DNA of 64,000 nt from Paraspadella gotoi (lineage: Eukaryota; Animalia; Chaetognatha). Both the position numbers and the translations under genes were made by a program. Below are positions 12,771-28,122 of this stretch, in pieces; position 1 is the first letter of the stretch; each line of letters starts with the position of its first letter. The stretch is from the NCBI GenBank assembly GCA_051294375.1, contig CM119269.1, positions 2,832,026 through 2,896,025 on the forward strand, read 5' to 3'. A model generated the notes under the pieces. That model made no database searches. It was not told the origin of the DNA and saw only the letters and a list, made by a program, of their open reading frames with translations.

Positions 12771-13661
12771 TATTCTCTCTCTCTCTCTCATCTCTTCTCT
12801 CTCTCCTCACACCCCCCCCCCCCAAAAAAACCCCCCCCCTCACAAATCACCATGCATACGCCCTACTTGACCCAATAACCGTCACATTTTTTCTGAGCAG
12901 GGTGAAAAAGCGCATAACGACGACGACGATAAACGACGCCGATAGCGACGACCGCAACAAGAGGGCGAGCGAGTATAGGGGATTCGTTAAAAGATTCAAA
13001 ACCCTACAATGTTGAGCCCGATTCAACGCTAACCCTAAGTGAACTAAGTTCATAAACAAATCCTTTCAATTCTTTAAAATATTTTAAATTCACGAGGGTA
13101 AATGCACGCCAAATTTATTTTATAATAATTAATAAGTCATCGAAAAAAGAACTGCATTTGCTTTTCTCTACTCAAACAGAGTATCTTAAATTTCGTCTAT
13201 GTAAGAAAAAAAATTTGCTTCCTAATTTTACATCCGATATTGTTTGTTTTATTTGTTTCTACCCTAAGAAGAACAAAACAATTTCCGTCACTTTTGTGTT
13301 TACTTTATGTTGTTTACCAACACAATCAAACGATCCGTCCCACTACACGCCGCACTAATTGTCGATGTTTAACATGAAACCGATTCGCGTTAAGTGCGAG
13401 CCTTTTTAATGTAAACAAAAGATCGTAGCCATAAAATTGTCAAAAAAAACAACTTTTTATTTCCTCATTCAAACCATGCAGCTAATCGAATCGAAGTATT
13501 TTTTTAATAAAATATTCCCTTTGTTTTTCTTTTTCTCTTTTCAATAACCAATTTTATCCGTTACATGTTAATAATTCGACCAATCCGAAAAAAAATTTTT
13601 AAAAAATTTTTACCATAAGACATCTAAAATTTCTCTCTCTCTCTTCTCTCTCTCTCTCTCC

Positions 13662-13696
<35 letters not shown>

Positions 13697-13719
13697 TCTC
13701 TCTCTCTTCTCTCTCTCTC

Positions 13720-14822
13720 TCTCCCTCTCTCCTTCTCAACTCTTCTATGATTTCCCGCTTTCTCGCCCAAAATTGTTTCCCGTTTTTATTGAAGATGCGT
13801 AAAATTGATTTGAAAAAAAAGAAAAGAAAGAAAGACATGAAAGGAAATTTTAGTGTGTTGAAAGGGATGCTTTGTCGAGTCGGCATCGTTTCGGTGAAGT
13901 CGACCTATCATTCGATCCCTTAAAGGGTTAACCCTCGACGATCCCTGGATGATCAGGTGGTCCTTTCGCTTTTTATCGCCGTTTTTACCCTCGCTTTTAT
14001 CACCTTGTTTACCCTCCTGTACCCCTTAATGTTGAGAGTCGCGCCTTTTATTGTCGTCACAAAACTTCGAAGTTGCCGTATTTGTTTTCCCCGAGATTCA
14101 TTGACGAAAAGACGGATCGACTCACTTCAACCACTTAATTTCGTTTTAATCCACGGACTCACTTCAAACTTAATTCATTTAATTCACGGATTGTAACTTT
14201 TCTTATTTTTATCAATTGGGCTCAAGTCACAGAATATTATTAAATTGTCCAGCCACTAATGGATCATCCCAGCTTTCTCTCGCCTCATCTAATCGCCAAC
14301 GCCTCGCGCCCGACTCTTGCGCTCACTCTCTAAACCACTATCGGCCGCTTTTTCTCCACTCCTCCTGACTCTCGGCCCCACTCTCGCCCCACTCTCGCCC
14401 CACCCGCCGACTAAACCTTAACTTTTACCCAACTGTTCCCCGCCTACTTTTCTTTTGACTCTGCCTCTTTTTCATCCTCTCTCTTCTTTCTCTCTCTCTT
14501 TCTCCTCTCTCTCTCTTCTCTCATCTTATCTCTCTCTCTCTCTCTTCTCTCTCCTCTCTCTCTCTACTTCTCTCTCTCTCTCTCTCTCTGTCATTTTTTT
14601 TTCTCTTTCTCATTTCAATTTTTACATCTTTTTTTTCTCCCTCCTCTTTAAATTAAATTTTTTACGAAAGAAAAACGCAAACCGGGAAAGTAACTAACGC
14701 CGCTTCTATGCTACGTTTTTTTTTTTCGTTCATTGGAAGTCAAAAGTTTGAATCTCTCTCTCTCTCTCGTTCTCTCTCTTCCTCTCTCTCTGTCTCTCTC
14801 TCTCTCATCTCTTTCTCTCTTT

Positions 14823-14856
<34 letters not shown>

Positions 14857-15444
14857 TTCTAATTCCACTCAAGCGGCTGACAGTTTTTCTTGGATGCGGA
14901 ATTCTAAGCATTCCTCCCCCCCCCCCCCCTTTTCTCATGCATACGGCAATATGCTATAAAAGAAATTCGTCTTTTTTTAACATTTTTAACTTTACTCCAC
15001 ATATTTGAACGGTTTTATCGGAACTCGCCCGCGTTTCTTCGGCAACGTTAAATGTTTAGTTCATAAGAAGAAAAAAAAAATACGCAAATGCCGAAGCCGA
15101 AAACAAAAAGATATGTGTTACTTTGTGCGTTTTGTTTTTGTTTATGCAGTTTTTTTTATTTTATGGTAGCATCGATTTATATAGAATCAAAAAAAAACGC
15201 ACAAAAAAACATATTCTTTTGTTTCGCTTCCATTTCGTAATTTTTTTTTTCCTTCTTATGAAAACAAAATTTACGTTGCCAAGAAAAACCGGGCGAGTTC
15301 CGATAAAACCGTTCAAAATATGTGGAGTAAAGTTAAAAAATGTTAAAAAACGAATTTCTTTTAATACATATTCCGTATCATGAGAAAAGGGAAGTGCTTA
15401 GAATTCCGCTCCAAGAAAAACTGTCAGCCGCTTGAGACTGAATT

Positions 15445-15498
<54 letters not shown>

Positions 15499-16205
15499 AA
15501 AGAGGCAGAGCTCAAAGAAAAGTAGGCGGGGAAAAGTTGGGAAAAGTTAAGGTTTAGTCCGGGTGGGGCGAGAGTGGGGCGAGAGTAGGGAGAGAGTGGA
15601 GAAAAAGCGGCCGATAGTGTTTAGAGAGTGGCGCAAGAGTCGGGCGCGAGCGTTGCGATTAGATGAGGCGAGAGAGCTGGGATGATCCATTATGTGGCTG
15701 GACATTTAATAAATATTCTGTGACTTGAGCCAATTGATAAAAATAAGGAAAAGTTAAATCCGTGAATTAAATGAATTAAGTTTGAAGTGAGTCCGTGGAT
15801 TAAACGAATTAAGTTTGAAGTGAGTCGATCCGTCTTTGTCAATGAATCCTCGGGGAAAAAAAAATAACGCAACTTCGAAAGTTTGTGACGACAATAAAGC
15901 GCGACTCTCAAATTAAGGGGTACAGGAGGGTAACGGTGATAAAAGCGAGGGTAAAACGGCGATAAAAACGAAAATGGACCACCTGATCATCCAGGGATCG
16001 TCGAGGGTTAAACTTTAAGGGATCGAATGTAGGTCGACTTCACCGAAACGATCCGACTCGGACAAAGCATCCCTTTCAACACTAAAATTTCCTTTCATTC
16101 TTCTTTCTTTTCTTTTTCAAATCAATTTTACATCTTTCAATAAAACGGGAAAACAATTTTGGGCGAGAAACGGGAAATCATAGAAGAGATTGAGGAAGAG
16201 AGAGA
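13720..16205. repeat. Fold-back (inverted) duplication B, centred near 15140-15190
   Basis: 13720-14470 is the noisy reverse complement of 15495-16205, and 14850-15135 of 15190-15450. The left arm carries many single-base insertions. Confidence 0.9.
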
Positions 16206-16230
16206 NNNNNNNNNNNNNNNNNNNNNNNNN

Positions 16231-19200
16231 CATGGCATTCTTAACATTTCTCGGCAATGAAATGGAATGTTATTTTCAAATTTTAAATGTTACTAATAGT
16301 ATATTCATTTAGGCATTTGCGGTTGATATTAAAATTAAACAAAATACAATTGATTGTTGCATTAATTGCTCTTGATTTATTACAGGTCAGTTACAAGTTC
16401 TAACCTTTACCGTGAGATGCAACGAAACGGGAGAGAGAGAGTGAGAAAAAGAGCGAGAGAGAGAGAGACAGAGATGAGAGAGAAATTCAATCAATTCAGA
16501 AATTTCTTCCTGTTAATTTCTTTGAAGATTGAGGGCGACCCACACCGCGCCATTTATCGGTCATGATGATCCGTAGTAATCCGCGGCCGCCTCGCACATG
16601 TCTGCTTGGCCGCTTTCTAGTGCCCCGCCCGCGACGTTCATATCCTGCTAGCATGAGAACGCACCATCTGGGCATACCTGCTCACAATCCCAGATGTTTG
16701 GACGAACGGATAGCGCGGTATGGCGGGTCTCGTGATGCTCGCTTCTAAGGTATGCGTTTGTGGATAATAAGGGGGGATGCAAAGTTTTTTTAAGGATAAA
16801 AAAAACTAGTGCGAAATTAGTCAATAATAGATTCTAGGTTTACCAAACATCTACAAATGTAGTTAGATCTACGATACGTTTATTACAAGAATATAGTTAA
16901 AACGATTTTACTGTTAAATTTTAATTACCGTAGACTCAAACCTCTTGGTTGATTCTGTTGTTAAAACTTTTGCAGTCTTCTGACAAATCCATAAAGGACA
17001 GCAATGTTTGAGAAGATCATTTGATTTCCTGAAAATAAAAAAATAATCTTAAAAAAAAAAGCTTAAAAACTAGTTGGTGTTCCTTACTGTTGGAAAATCC
17101 TCCACAGTTCCCCAATTAATTGCTTCGCTAGTTAACTTTCCCATTTTCTCTCAGTACAGTGAAGTCTCCTGTCTCCGAAGATAAGATATAAATAAACGTT
17201 ATAGTCCACTCAATTTTCATCAGAATCCAATTATATCCAACTCCCCGCCAAAAATTCTAACCTTAAAAGTGACGTCGCCAATCGGAGGAACATCTTCCTC
17301 ACGTCTTCGTCATCTCGCAACCAAAACGTGGACGCGTAATTTGCAGCGGTTCGTCGCGCGCTTCTACCGGTTTTCCTACGACATCGCGACTTGGCCGAGG
17401 CGTCGCCTTTAGAGCTTCCCGCGTGGCAAGGTCTGAGACGCGTAAGCGGATCTTACTTTGATGACGAATGGTAACAAATATGAAACAAGGACGAGAAATA
17501 CGCCCAAAAGAAATTTGGCGGGAAGGAAGTTTAGCAACGCGAATGTTTACAACAGAGACCGCTTACGATTAAAAAAAAAAAATCACGACGTTATTTTTGA
17601 AAAAAAATAGGGAGCAGCAAGTAAAAATGAAATTATAGCACGACACCCCAATTGTAATTAGTTCAAATTTAAGATTTCGCAGATGTCTTAATCAACAAAA
17701 TCGTTTTTCTCATAAACTTTTTTTCTTCAAGTCAAACATCCAGGTTTGATGAAATCCTCGGCGGCTTTGAACGTCATCAGCTCGTCAAACGTGGACCGTG
17801 TAGCCGATTTCAAGTTGTTGACCTCGCGAATCACGAGATTAAAGTAACAAGATTGAATTCGAACTTTTGCGTGACTGCAGAAACACATTTTAATATGTTA
17901 TGGAGATACCGATGATCGAAAACTACTCTTTCGTTAAAACCGCTTTTCGCTTCGTTACGCGTTTCGCTTTTCACTTCTTTTGTTCATAGATTTAAAATTA
18001 TGAAGCTGAATCAGTTAATGAGTGCCAACGTTTAACTATTCTTGCTGCCCCATTAATTTTTACATTGATAGTATTTTGAATATACACTTTCAACATTCGC
18101 CAAGAACGTAGCCTTCATCTTTTTAACTATCGCCAGAAATTAGATTCGCTTTACAATCTGCAATCTAAAATTGCTCTAGATATATAACAACGGAACCACA
18201 TAACGTTCGAAATGGTTTCGGTGTCGAACTAAACCAAAGAATTTCAATCGAATTGAAAGAAATTCGTTGTTTTCTTCCTCCTCCCATCAACATCTGTTTT
18301 TCTTGCGGGGATTCAAAGATCTTACGCTGGAATTTTACAAACATCTCCCATCAATCGTTCACCCGACATCCGACGTTTAATCTAAAGCACTAAACAATTA
18401 TTTCATTCAACTTTACATGCGATTTTTTACGCGAAAATCAGGTAATTTATTGGCCCGCCCAACTCAAAAATCATCTCAGGAAATTCGAAATTTTTCTTTT
18501 CGAGGTTGTAAGCGATATTTCTGGCGAAACTCGTGATCCAGGATCTTATTCTTGAACGGTGCAAATTCGCATACATTTTCTCCCTCGGCGATCGCTTGCG
18601 CCGGCTGCGTCCGAAAAAAAAGTTTCTTTTTTTCTCTCTTTTTTGAGAAATCCGAAACGCCATCTAAAGTTATTCTTTTTTTCGAAGTTTTGACGCCATT
18701 GCGTAACCCAAGCTTCTGACCTTCGCATTGTCTCTTACTCAAAGCGCAAAGGCAAGAGCGAGCATACGGAAGGAAAAATATCTTCGCTCTCCTTTTTACA
18801 TTTTTTTTTTCGGGTTGGCGGCGGCTGCGCAGCGGCTCTATCAGATTATATTTTTCTTTTAAATCTTTAGGCCTAATTTGAAAGATAATAATCAAAATAC
18901 ATTTATATATGCCATGCTAATCACTTTAACTATACTAAAAAATGCTATATTCTACTCTTTTTTATACTAGGCGCCTTTCAGTTTCTTTTCTGCCCCGTCT
19001 TTAACCTTTTTTACCAAGCTTACCCAAGTTTGAAAGATGGTTCTACTTTTACTTTTAGAGTGCAATTTTATCCATTTGATCGATTCGTTTAGATGAAGTT
19101 TTAGGCTCGCGATTCAATGTTGGAATTTAAAAAAAAAAAAAAAAAAAAAACAAAAAAGGATGATAAAATCTTCAAGAGACATTTCGGTTTTTGGTGGCGG

Positions 19201-20262
19201 GAATCGGAAAGGCGGGGGGGGACGGGCGCGGAGGATTTCATCTTGAATTCGCTTCTCACGAATTTTAACTATCACTTTCACTTTGCCTAATTTAATTCGC
19301 CCTCATAAATGCGTGAAATGCTTATGCTAACTTCTTTTTCTCGCCCCAGACTGCTCGTTTGCCTTCAGATTTTTCTTAATTTATTTCGCCTCATGAAGTC
19401 GTGATCCGGATTCCTGAATTCTTTAATAAACTTGCCCTGACCACGAGAACCGGCACAGGAAAAAAAAAAAATCGATATAAAAAATATCTTAATATATTTT
19501 TTTTTAACGCCATAGGTAGCACATGGGAAAGAAGAGTCCCGGGCGCCTTTTCGCACGCCGATAACCCATTTTTCGGCTTTCTCTCCGTTATTCTCTGCCT
19601 CTGCGGCTCTCGAGGGGTGCTTGGGCGGGACCCTTTTAACTTTCTTAATTGAATGTTTTCTCTGTTGTATGTATCTGAGAATCGTTTTGTTTGGCGGTTT
19701 GCCTCTTTTCCCGCCTCCGATTCTCGCGCGCAGTGTGCCCGATTTCGAAGCAAGCAGGCTTGACAATCGATCGGGCGTGGGTATATTTATACCGAAAAGA
19801 ATCGAAAGCGGCCCTTTTGAATGTTGCCAATTATTTGCTCAGCTTACGACACAGCGGCAATACAGACAATAAGCAAAATGTTGACAAAACGCTTTTGCAG
19901 CAGATACTCCATGGCACTATTTACGTTTATCAATTTTTAATTTATGAATTGAAAAAAACAAAACTTATTGATTTTATTTCAAAAGACCAAAACCTGCTTT
20001 TTTTAAATATTACTACAAATTAAATTGAACTAGAGTCTCAACGATATTAAACAACAAAAACAACATCGCCTCGCTCCATCAGTGATCCTTAAAATCAATT
20101 GATAATTCTTATTACAGACCTTCGCCTCTCCCGCTCCTTGCCCCGTTCCTCCAACAAAGCTTTTCAAAGCTAAAACCCATCACCCCTCATTACCCCCTCG
20201 CACATCAATTCGAAACCGTATTGCCAAATCTCTCCTCTCTCCTCCTCTCTCTCTTCTCTCTC

Positions 20263-20293
<31 letters not shown>

Positions 20294-20299
20294 CTCTCT

Positions 20300-20334
<35 letters not shown>

Positions 20335-22071
20335 CGTACATCGATGAAGCGAACCGCCTAACATTACGAGGGAGAGGGAGAGAAGAAAGCGCCGCTCTCC
20401 CCCCTCCTTTAGTTTTTAGATAGCTGGCCCCTGAACTTGAGCGATAACGTTCGTCTGTCTTTTGGGCCTACGGCGGAGACGATGAAAAGGATCTCGCGCA
20501 AAATTTTCATCTTCTCTTTTTCCTCGTCTTCCTCTTTCTAACCCAAATAAGTCAAAAAAATATATTTTTATCGCCCAATGAAAAGTTTTATTTAAAGCGA
20601 CATTTATATCTCAATTTTCAGCGCCCCCTTTTCCACTATTTTCAAAAGATTTTTCTTGTGAAGCCCACAATTAAAAATTAAATTAAAACCAAATAAACAT
20701 TACATTTTTGGCAATATACATTCACTTGGTAGTATGATACCACTCCGTAAAAATCCATATTTCCTACTTTTATCCAAAACCTATACTATGAAAGCGTTTG
20801 GCTTACAAAAATAATTCAATAGAATGATTTTGCTTGTCGGTGCTGGTGTTGTGGCTATTCCATACAGACTACCGTTCCTCTTAATTAAAAATGTAATCCG
20901 TGGATAAGAAAAACCGATCTCGACCTCGTGCTTTAAATTGAAACATGGTACCATTTCATTATGATATCATATGTCGGCGCCCTAATTGTACCTGTCCCGT
21001 GCGTCAATCTTTTTTCTTTGTCTAATTGTACACATGATCCCTCTGATTTAAAATCCGGATTTTATTTTAAAAGGAAAAAACAAAAATTTCTACCACTACC
21101 GTACCACGATTTATACTAATTTCCTTGCATGTCTTCGTTTCGATTTTACTGTCCACTTTTCAGTCCTCGCTCCACCTTTTTTTTATTTCGTCTCCCACTT
21201 GTATTTTCCCACTTCAACTCTCCCCTTTTTTCTTTTCAAGCTAGTTTCACTCTCCCGACAAATCGTCGGTGCGATTCAGTTGGCGCGTAATTTTCCCCTG
21301 CGAAATCTTGTGGCAGTACGATGTTGTCATCGTAATTTGGCGCCAAAGCTCAAGTAAGCCAAGTGCAGCTATTAATTTATGCAAAATAACTCATCGCATT
21401 TGCCTTTAGTATCCACAATGCTAAAAAAAAAACAAAAAAAAACTTGTGTAGATCCTCTACTATCTTTTTTTGCGGGTTTTTATTTAATTGACTTCATTTC
21501 AACTTTTGACTTGTTAAAAGTTCAACGGTTTACCGCTGCCCAGTTCTTTATTTTTCATTTCCAGTTGGATGGTTATTTCCTTCGACTCGCCCTCTACTCC
21601 TATTCAACGCCTGTTTGCGTCATAAAAGTTTTTTTTTTGTTGCCGCTCTCAGCGTCAGTCAGCGTCGTCTTAAGTTCGCCTTAAGTTCGGTCTTAAGTTC
21701 GTCTTAAGTTCGTCTTAAGATTCGTCGTCACGCTTCAAAACCTCGTTCGTCGCTGGTTCGTTCCAACATTCGTCGCACATCGTCCCAAGTGCGTTTCTCC
21801 CTTTCCAAATTTTAATCCGCGGTTTAAAATCGAATTAAGTCAATCTTCAAAACGAAGCTGGCTTCTTTGCGGAATTAGATAAATGAACCCGAGTTTCTTT
21901 TTTCTTCAACAGATGCGGCTAAAAAAAAATTCTTCTGGGGTTTCTGTTTTTTAATACCCGTGCGTCAAGTGAAGAAAAGTGTGGAGGTGGAACGACCCCC
22001 AGACACCGGCGGTGGTGCTCGATATTCCACCCATCTTTAATATCGTTTTCTCTTTTATTTCTTTCTTTCTC

Positions 22072-22111
<40 letters not shown>

Positions 22112-22125
22112 TCCTTTCTTTCTTT

Positions 22126-22160
<35 letters not shown>

Positions 22161-23437
22161 ACGATGTTCTAATATACTTTCCCCACCATCTTTTAACCTC
22201 CACTCCCCACCTGCCCGATCTAACTCTTCTCCCTCACTGACCTTTTTGCCGCACCCAACACTATCCCTCTCCAACTTAGCCAAGCCTCACCCCCCCTGCT
22301 TGTCGCTTGGCCCACCTCCTCCTCCTCCTCCTCCTCCTCCTGCCTCCCTCCTCCCTCAAACGAGGGGTGGACGGACCTCTGCGTGGCGGGCGCGTTTCTT
22401 TCTTAATTCTCGTTTTTCGCATCGGAGGGGGTCGAAAAAAGACGTCGACGACGTTGTTGAAAACGACGTACGAAGATGCTGGACGACGACGACTTCGTTA
22501 GATGACCACGACGACCCGTTGACGACGGCAGCGAAGACGATGACCACGACGAGCGTTTGATCACTACGAGGATGATCACTCACGAGGATGAAAACAACGG
22601 AGAACGACGGTTTCCCTCTTTCTAATTTATTGTCAACAACCACTACATTTTAAATTGCCGAGTCAATTTTGACTTTTTTTCTTTGTCTTCGTCAAAATTT
22701 TTAGTAAAACGCGTTTTAAGTACACAGAACGTCTGTATTTACGACCGAAGCTCTCATTGTATTGCGCGAATCTGCAGCAATCTGCAATTTGCAATCGTCA
22801 TCCAACGAAGTTAACTCTTAAAAGAGTAAGGGCGTCAGTAACTTACACAAAAAACTGAAACTTAGTCTATTTTATCTCATAATATATCATTCTAATACGA
22901 GAAAAGAACGCAGAAATAACTGCCGGGATAACGAAGAATGGACAAGCATGTCGTCGACGAAGCCGACACGACGACGACAACGAATTAGCCACTCCTTCAA
23001 GACAACGACGAAGCGAAACCATAACTTGCGTCGACACGAGACGCAATAAAAGTAACAACGCTTGCTAACAAAGTTTTAGACCGACCGGTGGTTGACGACG
23101 ACGACGACGACGACGACACGATTATTAATTCCACCTGCAAGAGAAGACGCATCGGCCACCCATCGACGAAATCGAGCGAAATAAAACTCACGTTTACGAC
23201 GACGACAGAAGAGACGATGAGAGACGGATAGAGAAAGAGAGACGAGAAAGAGAGAGAGATCGAGAGAAGAGAGAGAGAGAGAGAGGAGAGAGAGGATAGA
23301 TGTCTGCCTGGTTCACGACCACCTCGAACGGGGGCCACCGTTGATTGACAGGTTGATTTGAGAGATATAGTCCTTCGCGTCCAGAACTAGAGTTGAAACT
23401 TTGATGAATAACGAAAAATTGATCTCGTCTCTCTCTC

Positions 23438-23471
<34 letters not shown>

Positions 23472-24388
23472 TATTCTCTCTCTCTCTCTCATCTCTTCTC
23501 TCTCTCCTCACACCCCCCCCCCCCAAAAAAACCCCCCCCCTCACAAATCACCATGCATACGCCCTACTTGACCCAATAACCGTCACATTTTTTCTGAGCA
23601 GGGTGAAAAAGCGCATAACGACGACGACGATAAACGACGCCGATAGCGACGACCGCAACAAGAGGGCGAGCGAGTATAGGGGATTCGTTAAAAGATTCAA
23701 AACCCTACAATGTTGAGCCCGATTCAACGCTAACCCTAAGTGAACTAAGTTCATAAACAAATCCTTTCAATTCTTTAAAATATTTTAAATTCACGAGGGT
23801 AAATGCACGCCAAATTTATTTTATAATAATTAATAAGTCATCGAAAAAAGAACTGCATTTGCTTTTCTCTACTCAAACAGAGTATCTTAAATTTCGTCTA
23901 TGTAAGAAAAAAAATTTGCTTCCTAATTTTACATCCGATATTGTTTGTTTTATTTGTTTCTACCCTAAGAAGAACAAAACAATTTCCGTCACTTTTGTGT
24001 TTACTTTATGTTGTTTACCAACACAATCAAACGATCCGTCCCACTACACGCCGCACTAATTGTCGATGTTTAACATGAAACCGATTCGCGTTAAGTGCGA
24101 GCCTTTTTAATGTAAACAAAAGATCGTAGCCATAAAATTGTCAAAAAAAACAACTTTTTATTTCCTCATTCAAACCATGCAGCTAATCGAATCGAAGTAT
24201 TTTTTTAATAAAATATTCCCTTTGTTTTTCTTTTTCTCTTTTCAATAACCAATTTTATCCGTTACATGTTAATAATTCGACCAATCCGAAAAAAAATTTT
24301 TAAAAAATTTTTACCATAAGACATCTAAAATTTCTCTCTCTCTCTTCTCTCTCTCTCTCTCCCTCTCTCTCTCTCTCTCCTCTCTCTC
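16231..24388 (+). repeat. 8.2-kb block A, direct copy 2
   Basis: Identical to copy 1, including its apparent errors, and follows a 25-N gap. Confidence 0.95.
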
Positions 24389-26417
24389 AGTAAAAAAATT
24401 TTTTAAAATTTTTTTTCGGATTGGTCGAATTATTAACATGTAACGATAAAATGGTTATTGAAAAGAGAAAAAGAAAAAACAAAGGATATTTAATTAAAAA
24501 CAATACTTCGACTTCGTTAGCTGCTGGTTTGAAAGAGAGAAAATAAAAATTGTTTTTTTTGACAATTTTATGGCAAACCGATCTTTTGTTTACATTAAAA
24601 AGCTCCACTTAACGCGAATCGGTTTCAATGTTAAACACGACAATTAGTGCGCGTGTAGTGGGGGATCGTTTGATTGTGTTGGTAAACAAACATAAAGTAA
24701 ACACAAAATTGACGGAATTGTTTGTTCTTCTTAGGGTAGAAACAAATAAAAACAAACAATATCGGATGTAAAATTAGGAAGCATTTTTTTTTTCTTACAT
24801 AGACGAAATTTTAAAGATACTCTGTTTGAGAGAGAAAAACAAAATGCAGTTCTTTTTCGATGACTTATTAATTATTATAAAATAAATTTGGCGTGACATT
24901 TACCCTCGTGAATTTAAAATATTTTAAAAATTGAAAAGGATTTGTTTTGAAACTTAGTCTCACTTAGGGTTAGCGTTGAATCCAACATTGTAGGGTTTTG
25001 ATCTTTTACGATCCCCTATACTCGCTCGCCTCTTGTTCGGTCGTCGCTATCGGCGTCGTTATCGTCGTCGTCGTTATCGCTTTTCCCTGCTCAGAAAATG
25101 TGACCGGTTATGGNNNNNNNNNNNNNNNNNNNNNNNNNNNNNNNNNNNNNNNNNNNNNNNNNNNNNNNNNNNNNNNNNNNNNNNNNNNNNNNNNNNNNNN
25201 NNNNNNNNNNNNNNNNNNNNNNNNNNNNNNNNNNNNNNNNNNNNNNNNNNNNNNNNNNNNNNNNNNNNNNNNNNNNNNNNNNNNNNNNNNNNNNNNNNNN
25301 NNNNNNNNNNNNNNNNNNNNNNNNNNNNNNNNNNNNNNNNNNNNNNNNNNNNNNNNNNNNNNNNNNNNNNNNNNNNNNNNNNNNNNNNNNNNNNNNNNNN
25401 NNNNNNNNNNNNNNNNNNNNNNNNNNNNNNNNNNNNNNNNNNNNNNNNNNNNNNNCGTCGTCGTCGTCGTCGTCGTCGTCGTCACCAACGTCGGTCTAAA
25501 ACTTTGTTACAACGTTGTTACTTTTATTGCGTCTCGTGTCGACGCCAAGTTATGGTTTCCTTCGTCGTTGTCTTGAAGGTGCTAATCGTTGTCGTCGTCG
25601 TCGTCGGCTTCGTCGACGACATGCTTGTCCATCTTCGTTATCCCCAGTTATTTCTCGTTCTTTTCTCGTATTAGAATGAAATAATTATGAGATAAAATAG
25701 AACTAAGTTCAGTTTTTGTGTCAAGGTTACTGACCCTTACTCTTTTAAAGTTAACTTCGTTGGATGACGATTGCAAATTGCAGATTGCTGCAGATTCGCG
25801 CAATACAATGAGAGCTTCGGTCGTAAATACAGACGTTCTGTACTTAAAACGCGTTTTACAAAAATTTTGACGAAGACAAAGAAAAAGTCAAAATTGACGC
25901 AATTTAAAATGTAGTGGTTGTTGACAATAAATTAGAAAGAGGAAACCGTCGTTCTCGTTGTTTTCATCCTCGTAGTGATCATCCTCGTAGTGATCAACCT
26001 CGTCGTGGTCATCGTCTTCGCCGTCGTCAACGGAGTCGTCGTGGTCATTAACGAAGTCGTCGTCGTCCACATCTTCGTCGTCGTTTTCAACAACGTCGTC
26101 GACGTCCTTTCGACCCCCTCCGATGCGAAAACGAGATTAGAAAGAAACGCGCCGCCACGAGAGGTCCGTCCACCCCTCGTTTGAGGAGGAGGAGGAGGAG
26201 GAGGAGGAGGAGGAGGTGGGCCAGCGCAACAGGGGGGGTGAGGCTTGGCAAGTTGGAGAGGGAAGTGTTGGGTGCGGCAAAAGGTCAGTGAGGGAGAGAG
26301 TTAAATCGCAGGTGGGGAGTGGAGGTTAAAATGGTGGGGGAAAGTATATTAGTAACTCGTAGAAAGAGAAGAAAGAAAGAAGAAAGAAAGAAAGAAAGAA
26401 ACAGAAAGAAAGAAGAA

Positions 26418-26449
<32 letters not shown>

Positions 26450-28029
26450 AGAAAGAAAGGAAGAAAGAAAGAAATTAAAAGAGAAAACGATATTAAAAGA
26501 TGGGTGAATATCGGAGACTCACCGCCGGTGTCTGGGGGTCTTCCACCTCCCACTTTCTTCACTTGTACCAACGGGTATTAAAAAACAGAAAACCCCAGGA
26601 AGAATTTTTTTTTAGCCCATCTGTTGAAGAAAAAAAGAAACTCGGGTTCATTTATCTAATTCCGCAAAAGAAGCCGCTTCGTTTTGAAGATTGACTTAAT
26701 TCGATTTTAAACCGCGATTAATTTGGAAGGGAGAAACGCACTTGGGACGATCGTGCGACGAAGTTGGAACGAACCAGCGACGAACGAGGTTTGAACGTGA
26801 CGACGAACTTAAGACGAACTTAAGACGAACTTAAGACGAACTTAAGGCGAACTTAAGACGAACCTGACGAACCTGAGCGGCAACAAATAAAAAAACTATT
26901 ATATGACCAACAGGCGTTGAATAAGTAGAGCGGAGTCGAAGAAATAACCATCAACTGGAAATGAAAATAAAGAACTGGCAAGCGGTAACGAACCGTTGAC
27001 GAACTTTTAACAAGTCAAAAGTTGAAATGAAGTCAATTAAATTAAAACCGCAAAAAAAAAGATATAACAAGTTTTTTTTTGTTTTTTTTTTACATTGTGG
27101 AATTAAAAGCAAATGTCGATGAGTTATTTTGCATACATTAAAGCTGCCACTGCTTACTGCTTTGGCGCCAAATTACGATGACAACATCGACGCCACAAGA
27201 TTTCCAGGGAAAAAATTCGCGCCAACTGATCCACCACGATTTGTCGGGAATGAAACTCGAAAAAAAAGGGGAGAGTTGAGTGGGAAAATACAGTGGGAAC
27301 GAAAAAAAAAAAAGGTGGAGCGAGGACTAAAAGGACAGTAAAATCGAAACGAGAAGAGGAAATTAGTAATCGTGGTCGGAGAAATTTTTTTTTCTTTTAA
27401 AATAAAATCCGGATTTTAATCAGAGGGATCATGTGGTACAATTAGACAAAGAACAAAGGTTGACGGGTACAATTAGGCGACCAGATATATTATCATATGA
27501 AATGGTACAATTTCATTAAAGACGAGTCGAATTTTTTTATCTTAATTTTATAAGAAGGTGTATAGAATACCACAACACCACACCACAAGCAAAATCATCT
27601 ATTGAATTATTTTTGTAACCCAAACGCTTTCATAGTATATTTGAATAAAGTAGAAATATGATTTTGGTGTTCATCCAAAAAATGTAATGTTTATTTGTTT
27701 TATATTAATTTTTAATTGTGCTTCACAAGAAAAATCTTTTTAAAATAATGAAAAGGGGCGCTGAAAAATTGAGATATAAATTCGCTTTAAATAAACTTTT
27801 CATTGCGATAAAATATATTTTTTTGACTTTTTGAGTTAGAAAGAGGAAGACGAGGAAAAAGAAGAAGATGAAAATTTTGCGCGAGATCTTTTCATCTCTC
27901 CGAGGCCCAAAAGAAGACGAACGTCACGCTCAATCCGGGCCACTATCAAAACTAAGGAGGGGGGAGGACGGCGCTTTCTCTCTCTCTCTCCCTCGGTAAA
28001 TGTTTAGCGGTTCGCTTCATCGATGTACG

Positions 28030-28122
<93 letters not shown>

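Larger units (their letters stand above)
5530..13687 (+). repeat. 8.2-kb block A, direct copy 1
   Basis: Appears identical to 16231-24388 at a constant offset of 10701; every ORF in the track is duplicated at that offset. Confidence 0.95.

Noticed and set aside
24998-25674. Long ORFs spanning X runs
   Set aside because: They are read-through of the 342-N gap.
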